From Candidatus Heimdallarchaeota archaeon (GTDB lineage: Archaea > Asgardarchaeota > Heimdallarchaeia > Hodarchaeales > Hodarchaeaceae), in the NCBI GenBank assembly GCA_048881705.1, contig JBHLSH010000073.1, positions 1 to 19,718 on the forward strand: a stretch of 19,718 nucleotides of DNA, written 5' to 3'. Made by a program: the position numbers and the translations under genes. The notes beneath the pieces are model-generated. The model searched no databases, was not told the origin of the DNA, and worked only from the letters and a program-made list of their open reading frames with translations. This document shows positions 1 through 8,133 of the stretch, one piece after another (position 1 is the first letter of the stretch; every line of letters begins with the position of its first letter).

Positions 1-1
1 A

Positions 2-75
2 CGGCACCGGCAGGACTTGAACCTGCGACCACCCGGTTAACAGCCGGACGCTCTACCTAACTGAGCTACGATGCC
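2..75 (-). tRNA. tRNA-Asn(GTT)
   Basis: The reverse complement folds as a cloverleaf: acceptor GGCATCG/CGGTGCC, D arm GCTC/GAGC, anticodon arm TCCGG-CT-GTT-AA-CCGGG, T arm GCAGG-TTCAAGT-CCTGC, discriminator G. CCA is not encoded within the window. Confidence 0.96.
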
Positions 76-81
76 GAATAA

Positions 82-175
82 TGGGCCTGGGGGGATTTGA
101 ACCCACGATCATCCGGTTTCTCCGGTATATAAACCATATGAGCCGGACGCTTTGACCAGGCTAAGCTACAGGCCC
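82..175 (-). tRNA. tRNA with CAT anticodon, probably tRNA-Ile2 (agmatidine type), with a 19-nt intron at 37/38 (118..136)
   Basis: Acceptor GGGCCTG/CAGGCCC; anticodon stem TCCGG/CCGGA; loop CT-CAT-A | intron TGGTTTATATACCGGAGAA | A; T loop TTCAAAT. G1-C72 excludes the initiator. A GGGCC 5' end is typical of archaeal Ile tRNAs, whereas elongator Met usually starts GCC. Confidence 0.9.
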
Positions 176-188
176 AAAGAGTGTGATA

Positions 189-743
189 TTATGGATAAAC
201 GACGTATAATCCATCTTGAAATACAGTAGGATCTTTGCTGCGACGGCCACGTAAACGGGTTGATTCTGCCAAACGAGCCGCTGTTTGGGAAACCTTCTCT
301 ATATTAGCTCCTGTTAAAGTGATAAGGTCGCCTTTTATTGACACATTCACAGAGGGATCAAATGGTACAAGGATGGGATCTCTACGCCCATATAAATTCT
401 TAATTGCAATCACATCTTTCTGAGCTTCAACGGTTGCCGGAAAATGCGAAGTTATGACCTGCACTTGGTAAGTAAATCCCTCGGTGACCCCTTTAATCAT
501 ATTTTTGAGGTGCCCAGTGATCGTTCCTACCATGGAGGCCTCGGCTTTGCTGCCAAAATGACTTTGAATATGAAAGGTTTTCTCATTTAGGAGGTCCATA
601 TGTACTCGTAGCCGTTCAAAGGCACGGGTAAGTTCTCCTTTTGGCCCTTTAATATTGACCTGATATCCTCCACGGATAGGAGTGAGAGACGCAGTAATCC
701 CTTCAGGAACTTCAACTGTTCTTTCTATGACAACGTGTTTCAT
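189..743 (-). CDS. rpl6: 50S ribosomal protein uL6 (L6P/L9e)
   Basis: Motifs VEVPEG, KGPKGELTR, GTITGHLKNMIKGVTEGF, SHFP and KDPTVFQDGLYV. A GGAG SD-like sequence lies upstream. Confidence 0.97.
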   Translation of the reverse strand: MKHVVIERTVEVPEGITASLTPIRGGYQVNIKGPKGELTRAFERLRVHMDLLNEKTFHIQSHFGSKAEASMVGTITGHLKNMIKGVTEGFTYQVQVITSHFPATVEAQKDVIAIKNLYGRRDPILVPFDPSVNVSIKGDLITLTGANIEKVSQTAARLAESTRLRGRRSKDPTVFQDGLYVVYP

Positions 744-762
744 TAGGGGTGCTCCATCTCGA

Positions 763-1149
763 TTAATATACGTATGCCAGCAAACGTCCGCCTAGATTCC
801 TTTCCTTGGCTTCATTATGGCTCATAACACCTTCAGACGTCGAAACAACGAGGATTCCCATGTCACGCGCAGGCAAGTACTGTTTCTCCCAAGAGACGTA
901 GTCCTTTACCTTAACGGGATATCGGGGTTTAATAACACCAATTTTTGTGATTCGCCCAAGTAGCTGGACAGAAATGATCCAGCGATCTTCCATGACTTCG
1001 AACTCACCGATGGCACCGTATTGTTGAATCACTCTGAGCACGTTGGCGATAATGCGACTCGCAGGTCGGATAGTAACCTTTTTACGACCGAGAATTTCGG
1101 AATTTGCAATGCTAGACATGGCATTGGCAAGAGGATCAAGCATAACCAA
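763..1149 (-). CDS. rps8: 30S ribosomal protein uS8
   Basis: Motifs [50 protein letters not shown] and GGRLLAYVY. The start is taken as TTG at 1149 (MVMLDP) after GAGATGA; ATGs at 1158 and 1143 are alternatives. Confidence 0.97.
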   Translation of the reverse strand: MVMLDPLANAMSSIANSEILGRKKVTIRPASRIIANVLRVIQQYGAIGEFEVMEDRWIISVQLLGRITKIGVIKPRYPVKVKDYVSWEKQYLPARDMGILVVSTSEGVMSHNEAKERNLGGRLLAYVY

Positions 1150-1540
1150 TTGTATCATCTCATGATGGGAGGTGTGATACTCTCAATGGGAAAGAGCAGT
1201 TCTATTGTTAATTTTGCTCGTTAGGACAGTATAAACCAACCTGATGGACTAGAATGTCCATATCTGTCGTATAAGTAAGTCACTTTTATCGTGTGTCCTC
1301 AACTTATACTAGCATCTTGGGTGAAAAAACATCTGGAAATCATCCGATATATGAAGATAGTAGGGGGTTTATTTTCCATTGGCCTTCTCGGAAATTATCC
1401 CCATTTATGTTTCTTTTTTTCTCGTCTCGTTGTTCAAAAGTAATCCAAAACTAAAACATGGATCAAAGGAAGGAGTTGCCCCTAGCTGACAATCATTGAA
1501 AAGCACGGGATCTTACTGTTCATTAATTTTGAGTTTCCTA

Positions 1541-3517
1541 TTATTCATTTACTTTATCGGTACCATTTTCTTCCGTATCATCCACTTCTTGGTTTAGTGG
1601 GCGCATCCCCAGTGATACGAACTGCTCGACAACAGGTTGTATTTTAATGAAAGGTACGCCGTCAGTAGCAATAAGGCTGGCTACTAGCACCATATTCACC
1701 TGATCGAACTCATCACTACTGAGTCTCTTTTCCTGTAATAGAATCTGTGTGAACTGAGAAACCAAGGCGGGAAATTCAGGATCATCCAATGCTACTCTAT
1801 GTAGGATGGTTTTGATACTATTGATAAAAGATAATCCCAATTCTACAAACGTATTGGAAACCGGAATTTCAAAAAAATCGAGATTGAATAGAAGTTCGTC
1901 AACCTCTTCTTCCGTGGGATCATTGGGGGAAGTATGGATAGTGTTTTTGGCGAACCGTTCGAGGAGTACCAAGGCCCGTGCTTGAACAAACAAATTGTTA
2001 GTATTTCGAAGGATCTGCTTCACTGCGAGCCGCACATGATGATAATATTGTTCATCACATTGATCACCTAGATAGTTTAGAGCCTGGAGAATAGTGAGGA
2101 TTGCTCGACCATATAGCCGGATCTTGTTACGGCGGCCATGAAGAACATGTTGACGATAATCCTGGGAGAGTATCATGATTGAGAGCTGTAACAGTCTTTC
2201 GAATAGATGCCCAGAATGAAGCTTATCATCTCGAATTGATTCTTCTAAGGATTCTTCAAGTTCCGCAATCTCAGTCTTATCGATAGCATAGCTTTCCATC
2301 ATGGCATCAAGGGCTTCGATGTTCATTTGCTGGATACCCACGGACTCCACGGATATTTTATGTACGTACGCCGCCTTGAGAATCGGGCTCATCGCGAAAC
2401 CGCGTCGTTCCTCTTTTTTGTGGTAGATTTCTTCAATAAGCTCGGTCACTTTCGAAAGATGGTAGAAAGCAAAGTCTTCTCCTAAAAGATATTCCAATGC
2501 TAGGTTAAAGACCGCGCCGAACCATTTTAGATGAAATCCTCGTGAGTACGAAAAACTAGAAAGAAAGATGTTTTCAATATGATACAATTCCCGGGTTATT
2601 AAGGTCAACGTGGAGTAATAGTTCTCAAAGATAAAGTGCTTGAGCTCCCGTGCACTGGAATAATCCCTAGAGCTCGGATTAAGTACCATCTGGGGAAGCC
2701 ATGAGGGAATAAGTGATAATAGAAGATTAAAAGCCTTTGTGAATGATTCAAGGTCCTTTATGGTTACACGTCCTTTTTGAAACGAAGTGTCAAATTCGGG
2801 AATATCGATGGACGTACCAAAATGTAGATCTGCTTTGTAAAAATCAATCAACGCCTTCCCTAGACCACCCCCTCGTTTCATCATCTCTACATTAACATAA
2901 ATATCTTTAAGTGCATATAAGGCAAACTGGGAAATCGCTTTGAGGAAAGTAATGATTTCCTCTTTTTCGAATGATCCGGGAGGTACAATTCCTGCTAGTT
3001 GAGTGAAAAAATCTAACGAAAACACTAATGAATTACGTAAGCGTATTTCCATGCCCCGCTGTCGTTGAATGCTATGTAATATTTCGTGTAGAAGCAATCC
3101 ACGGAAACTGGAACGATTTTTTGCCTTTAGAAGACGCGAGGATTCCTCCAGTCGAACGAACACAAATTCTTTTTCTTTATAGCCGTAACTGAAACTACTT
3201 TGGAACGGTACGTGAAAAAAATCCACCAAATTTCCCATTTCTTCTGAGGGAAGACCGCTTTCAGTCTTAATGTATGAAATTACTTCTTCGATCTTTGTAA
3301 TATCTGAAAATACGATGACCATATCGGCGATTGAATCACAGAACTTCTTAATCATGGGGCTATTGAGAACTGCCATAACTGATTTTTCCATGGTTTTAAA
3401 AAAGTCCAGAAGTACAATTTTCGGAGAGCTGACTACTTCTTTCATTAGGCGTGCTTCCAGAAGATTTGCCTTTTTATGCGCTAAGCTTGGATGAAGAAAG
3501 CGGCGAGTTTCATCCAA
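1541..3517 (-). CDS. Hypothetical 658-aa soluble protein with an N-terminal zincin-like HExxH motif and a long helical C-terminal region
   Basis: Long ORF with a TTG start, co-oriented 86 bp downstream of secY. It contains GLLLHEILH (3074..3088) and a downstream ALKDIYVN helix. No clear TM segment. Confidence 0.8.
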   Translation of the reverse strand: MDETRRFLHPSLAHKKANLLEARLMKEVVSSPKIVLLDFFKTMEKSVMAVLNSPMIKKFCDSIADMVIVFSDITKIEEVISYIKTESGLPSEEMGNLVDFFHVPFQSSFSYGYKEKEFVFVRLEESSRLLKAKNRSSFRGLLLHEILHSIQRQRGMEIRLRNSLVFSLDFFTQLAGIVPPGSFEKEEIITFLKAISQFALYALKDIYVNVEMMKRGGGLGKALIDFYKADLHFGTSIDIPEFDTSFQKGRVTIKDLESFTKAFNLLLSLIPSWLPQMVLNPSSRDYSSARELKHFIFENYYSTLTLITRELYHIENIFLSSFSYSRGFHLKWFGAVFNLALEYLLGEDFAFYHLSKVTELIEEIYHKKEERRGFAMSPILKAAYVHKISVESVGIQQMNIEALDAMMESYAIDKTEIAELEESLEESIRDDKLHSGHLFERLLQLSIMILSQDYRQHVLHGRRNKIRLYGRAILTILQALNYLGDQCDEQYYHHVRLAVKQILRNTNNLFVQARALVLLERFAKNTIHTSPNDPTEEEVDELLFNLDFFEIPVSNTFVELGLSFINSIKTILHRVALDDPEFPALVSQFTQILLQEKRLSSDEFDQVNMVLVASLIATDGVPFIKIQPVVEQFVSLGMRPLNQEVDDTEENGTDKVNE

Positions 3518-3603
3518 TATGTAGTATTGATCCTACAATCCCGATCTGATGACAAAACATCTTGCTTCAAATAAAGAAGATGCTGGGCCCGTTACCATCG
3601 TAA

Positions 3604-5109
3604 TCAGAGCCCCAGGAATCCACGTAATGCGGGATTCATTTCTGCAACCCGCTCTTTACTGATAAGCTCAAAATATTGCCTCATAATTGATACAGACAAC
3701 AGGATACCCATCCCTGACCCAATAGCACCAAGGAAGTCAGCAAAAGCGGCAAGGCACCCAATAAAAATACCTCCTATCACCGTTATCGTGGGAATGTACA
3801 TTTCTAGGCGTCGTTCGATCCGTTTCTTGCTCTGCCGCCAACCTGGCATTTGCATCCCTGATTGTAGAAACTGTTGTGCCACATCACGTGGCCCCATCCC
3901 CGCAGTATCCAACCACATAACTGAGAACACTACGGACAGAAAGATCAAAACCAATGCATAGACTGCCGCCCTAATTATCGATGAAATCGGATCTGTAGGA
4001 TTAATAACCCCTAATTCCCCGACCAAGGATCTAGGTGGAGTTAAAAAATAGACCAAACCTGTTTCCGGAACATACTGCCCAGATACATTATCCGCTCTAA
4101 AAGTTCCTAGGAGAGAGGAGAGGAGGTCTGGTTGAGTTTGACCGCCGGCAGTGCTAGCATTCCAAAGGATTTGGGCAATGAAGTAGATGTCCGCAAAGAC
4201 TGCCGACGTTAGAATAACGGGGATATTAGAAACGTACAGCAACTTAATAGGATAAGTTGACCGAATCCCCTTATACTGGGTATACGCCACGGGAATCTCA
4301 ATCCGCATGGATTCAAAGTATATGACGATTATGAAGACTACAACCGTAGCAATGACCGAAAGAAGCGATAGGGAGGGGAGATTGAGAGCATTCGCAGGAT
4401 CATAACGGAAAAACAGGGCGCCGATTGCTGTTGGTATTCCTTCTGCGCTTACCCAGGCTAAGAAGGCTAATACAATTCCACGATTCGACAATACTTCTGT
4501 AGGCCCCTCTCGAACCGCCTGCACTGAAAATAATCCTGTGAAAATTTGTAAGCCTACACCACCTGCTATGAAAAGTGAGATTCCAGAACCTAAGCCCCAG
4601 CCTTTCTGCACCAGCTCATCCAACAAGATAATAATGATACCAGCAAACAGTAGTTGCCCGATGATGACCATTTGAACAGGTAAATCAAGGTTTTGCCCGT
4701 AACTTCCACCTATTAGGAATGCAACGGCTTCTATGATGGTCATAGCTACAGACATGACCTTTTGTGCACCTGTATAAAGAGAACGTTCCTCTGGATCGCC
4801 CATATTGACATTAATAATCTTACTTCCAACCAAAATCTGCATAATAAGCCCTGCAGTAACTATTGGGCCGATACCTAATTCGGCCAATGATCCTTGGGTT
4901 GAAGCGGTAATAGTTCGCATATAAGCGAATGGATCGCTCTCCCCAGGATTTGCAAGTAAAATGGGTGTAGACGCCATAACGAAATAGATAATCAAGGCTA
5001 CAAACGTCCAGGCCATTTTTTCATTAAAACGCACCTCACGAGTAGGTTTAACCACCTCAGGGGTTATGGACATAAAAGGACGGACCGCTTGCAGAAAACG
5101 AGATGTCAT
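3604..5109 (-). CDS. secY: Preprotein translocase subunit SecY/Sec61alpha
   Basis: Motifs GSLAELGIGPIVTAGLIMQIL, LDELVQKGWGLGSGISLFIAG, YPIKLLYVSNIPVIL and GSGMGILLSVSI; about 10 TM segments. SD GAGGT lies 7 nt before the ATG. Confidence 0.98.
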   Translation of the reverse strand: MTSRFLQAVRPFMSITPEVVKPTREVRFNEKMAWTFVALIIYFVMASTPILLANPGESDPFAYMRTITASTQGSLAELGIGPIVTAGLIMQILVGSKIINVNMGDPEERSLYTGAQKVMSVAMTIIEAVAFLIGGSYGQNLDLPVQMVIIGQLLFAGIIIILLDELVQKGWGLGSGISLFIAGGVGLQIFTGLFSVQAVREGPTEVLSNRGIVLAFLAWVSAEGIPTAIGALFFRYDPANALNLPSLSLLSVIATVVVFIIVIYFESMRIEIPVAYTQYKGIRSTYPIKLLYVSNIPVILTSAVFADIYFIAQILWNASTAGGQTQPDLLSSLLGTFRADNVSGQYVPETGLVYFLTPPRSLVGELGVINPTDPISSIIRAAVYALVLIFLSVVFSVMWLDTAGMGPRDVAQQFLQSGMQMPGWRQSKKRIERRLEMYIPTITVIGGIFIGCLAAFADFLGAIGSGMGILLSVSIMRQYFELISKERVAEMNPALRGFLGL

Positions 5110-5331
5110 TTGAGCTACCTCAGAGAGGAGTGAAGACCCGTAGCGATTTTCAGGTCTCCATATCCGTTGTAGGAGGGGGATTAGGGGTAGAAATTTATTT
5201 GTTTTCTTGCTATCCTCTTGTGCAAATAGTAGAAAAAGGACAAAATATTTTACCGCTGACAGAGCGGGATCGTTTTAGTCGAAATCTGGTGAATTCTGTA
5301 TCCAACAAGGATTTCAAAGGTGCTCAAGTAA

Positions 5332-7434
5332 ATGAAACAAATACGTAGGTTAGGCTACCAACTTTTTCTTGTAGGTGTCGTTTTTTCAAGCCTCTTTTTC
5401 GCATCAATTGCTGTGATTGCCTCTGGTAGGGTGATATCCCCTCAATCTTTGGATCACCAGGCAAGAATAGCGCCAAGCCCGACAAAACGAATTTCTCTGG
5501 AAGATCTGAACTTTTTTGATCCAGAAGACCTAACCAATACGAGTCACCAGGTCAATATCACCCGTACAATTGTGGCAAATCAATACGGGTATACAAGTGA
5601 GACCATCCGCATTGAAGTATCCAACAACGGGTTGAATCCGATAGATGCATTCAACCTCACTCTCCCCTTCGTGGAGTACAGCGATAATAGGTACCTCCGA
5701 GTTTTTTCGAGTAACGATACGGAGACCGAATACACGGAGTGGACCGAAATCGAAACGAATAATGATTCTGTTGTCTATGTGGTCGCTTTCCCAGAGATTG
5801 AACCTACTCACTCTTCAATCATCACGATTCAGATGGATCATCCTCATGCCGTCACCTATGACAAGGATATGCAGTTGGAAGAAGCTACGTTTCCATACTT
5901 CTTCAATCTTTCGTTCATTCCAATGATTTCCTTACCAATAACACGGTACCATGTTGATTGGTCCATAGGTAAGGATAAAACGGGAGCTGTGCTTCCGGTC
6001 TCCATAGATAATGAAACAATTACACCCGATCCATCGTCATTCACAGGAACTTTGACGAACGACCAGCAAGGAATTCGAATTGCGAACGTCACTGATTTAG
6101 CCACTATTGATAGAACCATATTGAACACAACTGAATATGGAAATTATAATCTAACTCGATTGGCGAACCTACCGTTTATTCCTGCCTATCAACCCAGATT
6201 GAAGGCCAATTTCACTGCCTATTATCTTTCATTTGATTATTCACAACAAGTCTATACTAGCATCGAATTTTCGTCTCTAACTACCAAGGTCATCGTCTCA
6301 GAATGGGGTTGGACAACCACGGTTCATGATATCGTAATCCGAAACATTGGAATCCAATCTGGATCAATATTGAAGACCGCGCTTGGCAGTAGCACGTTCC
6401 CATATATCGATTTCAATGTACCCGAGACTGCGCACAAAATTGGTTTCCGTGATAATTATGGCAACATTTCCATAGCATCCGCGTCAACAACTACCACAGG
6501 TAAAAAGATTGTCCAAATTAATCCGCGTGTTGAAATAGAAAAAGGTGAAATATATTACCTCCAAATGTCTTACCGCGAACGAACATCAGATATTGCTTCT
6601 GATCTCGGTAACGGCAGAATACAGCTTCATCTACCTCTGACGATCGCAAATAATTGGACCATAAGTCAATTCGAATTTAATTTGCTTCTACCTTTTGGAT
6701 CCACGTTCAACCTTGAAGATATGGTTAATTCGACCCAAAAACAGACTTTACGACACGTTCTTGCAAGTTCTACCGTTTCGGAAAGAGAATTTCTAGGATT
6801 GTTCAATCGTGTTGGAATTCATTTAATGTACCAGGAATTGACACCATTAAGCATTCGCTACGTTGATTTCATTGCAGGTCTTGCACCGGTGTACCCCTTC
6901 TATCAACCTCTCTCAATTTTCCTTTTCTTGCTCATACTTGGAATCGCTTACATTCTTGTTCGAAACATCTCATTTGGAATAAAACCCAGACGCGTATTAC
7001 TTGAAGAAATACCCCTAGATCTGATTAGGAATTTTGTCAAGAATTACGAAGAAAAAACAGCTGTCAGAGCTCAAATCTTGCGACTAGATAATAGACGCAA
7101 AACCAAGAAAATTTCGGCCCGCGAGTACGAAAAAACCCGGGCTCTTCTGAATAATCGGATGGAACAAGCCGATCGTTCCATTGTCAGTGTGTCACGGAAA
7201 TTGGCTGGCGAAAGTCGACGCTATCGAGTTGCTATGAGGACAATTGAAGTTGCAGAAGCCAGTCGTGAGGATATTTTGCTCAATATTGATTCGCTTGAGC
7301 GCAAAAAGACCCAGGGACGCATTGGAAAAGAAGCTTATGCGAAATTAAAACTCAGTTACGATAAGCAACTTCAAAGTGCGAACAATGAGATAGATAAAGT
7401 CTTAATTGAACTTCGAGCCTTGCTTACAGGGTGA
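5332..7434 (+). CDS. Ribophorin I (Ost1/RPN1)-like type I membrane protein, an OST accessory subunit homolog
   Basis: Architecture: signal peptide, beta-rich ectodomain, one TM, helical cytosolic tail. Collinear motifs match RPN1 as recalled: VNITRTI (EDVKRTVDL), VIVSEWG (IEVSHWG), PETAHKIGFRDNYGNIS...INPRVEI (PAAAQDVYYRDEIGNVS...IRPRFPL), YQPLSIF...LVRNISFGI (LQEPLLV...YVRLDFSI). Confidence 0.82.
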   Translation: MKQIRRLGYQLFLVGVVFSSLFFASIAVIASGRVISPQSLDHQARIAPSPTKRISLEDLNFFDPEDLTNTSHQVNITRTIVANQYGYTSETIRIEVSNNGLNPIDAFNLTLPFVEYSDNRYLRVFSSNDTETEYTEWTEIETNNDSVVYVVAFPEIEPTHSSIITIQMDHPHAVTYDKDMQLEEATFPYFFNLSFIPMISLPITRYHVDWSIGKDKTGAVLPVSIDNETITPDPSSFTGTLTNDQQGIRIANVTDLATIDRTILNTTEYGNYNLTRLANLPFIPAYQPRLKANFTAYYLSFDYSQQVYTSIEFSSLTTKVIVSEWGWTTTVHDIVIRNIGIQSGSILKTALGSSTFPYIDFNVPETAHKIGFRDNYGNISIASASTTTTGKKIVQINPRVEIEKGEIYYLQMSYRERTSDIASDLGNGRIQLHLPLTIANNWTISQFEFNLLLPFGSTFNLEDMVNSTQKQTLRHVLASSTVSEREFLGLFNRVGIHLMYQELTPLSIRYVDFIAGLAPVYPFYQPLSIFLFLLILGIAYILVRNISFGIKPRRVLLEEIPLDLIRNFVKNYEEKTAVRAQILRLDNRRKTKKISAREYEKTRALLNNRMEQADRSIVSVSRKLAGESRRYRVAMRTIEVAEASREDILLNIDSLERKKTQGRIGKEAYAKLKLSYDKQLQSANNEIDKVLIELRALLTG

Positions 7435-7439
7435 TTTGA

Positions 7440-7691
7440 ATGTTAGTTGCTCAGGAAAGCAACCTAAAAATGGTTCCAGCCATCGTAATAGAGCATCATT
7501 TGTGCACTCGCTGCAGTAAATGTATTAAGAGTTGTCCCGCAGATATTCTTGTTCGAGAAAAATCGAAAGCAAACACCTACAAATTTGATATTGAAGTAAC
7601 AGATGCGGGTCTTTGTTTCGAATGTCGAGCCTGTGAAGTTGTTTGCCCAGAGGACTGCATCCATATATTATGTATTACGCAAGCCCCGTAG
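7440..7691 (+). CDS. 2x[4Fe-4S] ferredoxin
   Basis: Two CxxCxxCxxxCP motifs: CTRCSKCIKSCP and CFECRACEVVCP. Starts 5 nt after the ribophorin stop. Confidence 0.9.
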   Translation: MLVAQESNLKMVPAIVIEHHLCTRCSKCIKSCPADILVREKSKANTYKFDIEVTDAGLCFECRACEVVCPEDCIHILCITQAP

Positions 7692-7818
7692 TGTAGCGGT
7701 CCATTATCGAGGAATTTAATCCTCGTGAGCCCATATCATGCGAGGTTTTGGTCTAGAATCGTAACTGGCGATTCTGGGAAGATTCCTCGTGACCCCAGTT
7801 CGAATCTGGGCGGGGCTA
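7682..7818 (+). tRNA. tRNA-Gln(TTG) with two introns: D-loop (about 7703..7734) and canonical 37/38 (7752..7783)
   Basis: Acceptor AGCCCCG/CGGGGCT with the A1-U72 pair typical of archaeal Gln; T arm CCCAG-TTCGAAT-CTGGG; anticodon stem CGAGG/CCTCG with TT-TTG-G. The 37/38 intron forms a full bulge-helix-bulge. The D-loop carries an extra 30-32 nt hairpin. Confidence 0.9.
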
Positions 7819-7846
7819 TCAATCTTTCAAGATTTTGTGCTTGTGT

Positions 7847-8128
7847 CTACTTGGATCCCGACAGGTTGAATGGTTTTCCCTCTTCCAAAATTGAAGAGGG
7901 AATCTGAACCCGGTATTTACGGAGAAACTCTAAATCCTCCGCCTCTTTTCGTAGATCATCAGGGAGCATAACTGGAATAGTTTTTCTAATAGGATAATAT
8001 CGTTTACATTTTCCGCAATGGATAAGGCCGGATTCCACTTCTAAATCGCTGCTTTCAAACACTAAAAGCTCTAACTCGGGGTTCTTACACATCGGACAGG
8101 CCAAGATCTCCATTAATTCTCTTTTCAT
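7847..8128 (-). CDS. trm112: Trm112-family methyltransferase activator
   Basis: MKRELMEILACPMCK...GLIHCGKCKRYYPI...IPVMLPDDLR zinc-ribbon signature, plus a short C-terminal extension. Confidence 0.93.
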   Translation of the reverse strand: MKRELMEILACPMCKNPELELLVFESSDLEVESGLIHCGKCKRYYPIRKTIPVMLPDDLRKEAEDLEFLRKYRVQIPSSILEEGKPFNLSGSK

Positions 8129-8133
8129 AATAT

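Noticed and set aside
1159-1540. Search for the missing S14 (uS14) or another small gene upstream of rps8
   Set aside because: No CxxC zinc-finger ORF or credible ORF on the minus strand; only a small hairpin (TGGAC/GTCCA, about 1245-1260) of unknown meaning.
3546-3608. CTGATGA...CAGA on the plus strand as a second C/D sRNA
   Set aside because: No clear D'/C' pair, only an imperfect resemblance to 16S sequence, and it overlaps the secY stop antisense.
5103-5348. 81-aa plus-strand ORF, and two CTGA boxes on the minus strand upstream of secY
   Set aside because: The ORF overlaps both neighbours' starts and has no coding features. There is no C or C' box, and the second CTGA is part of the secY SD (GAGGT).
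7708-7725. Duplicated arm read as an alternative anticodon arm with TTA (ochre suppressor) or TTT
   Set aside because: The loop is 8 nt (or 6 nt), lacks the U33 register and has no position 26; it cannot form a canonical anticodon arm.
7725-7907. 60-aa minus-strand ORF
   Set aside because: It is antisense to tRNA-Gln and overlaps trm112.
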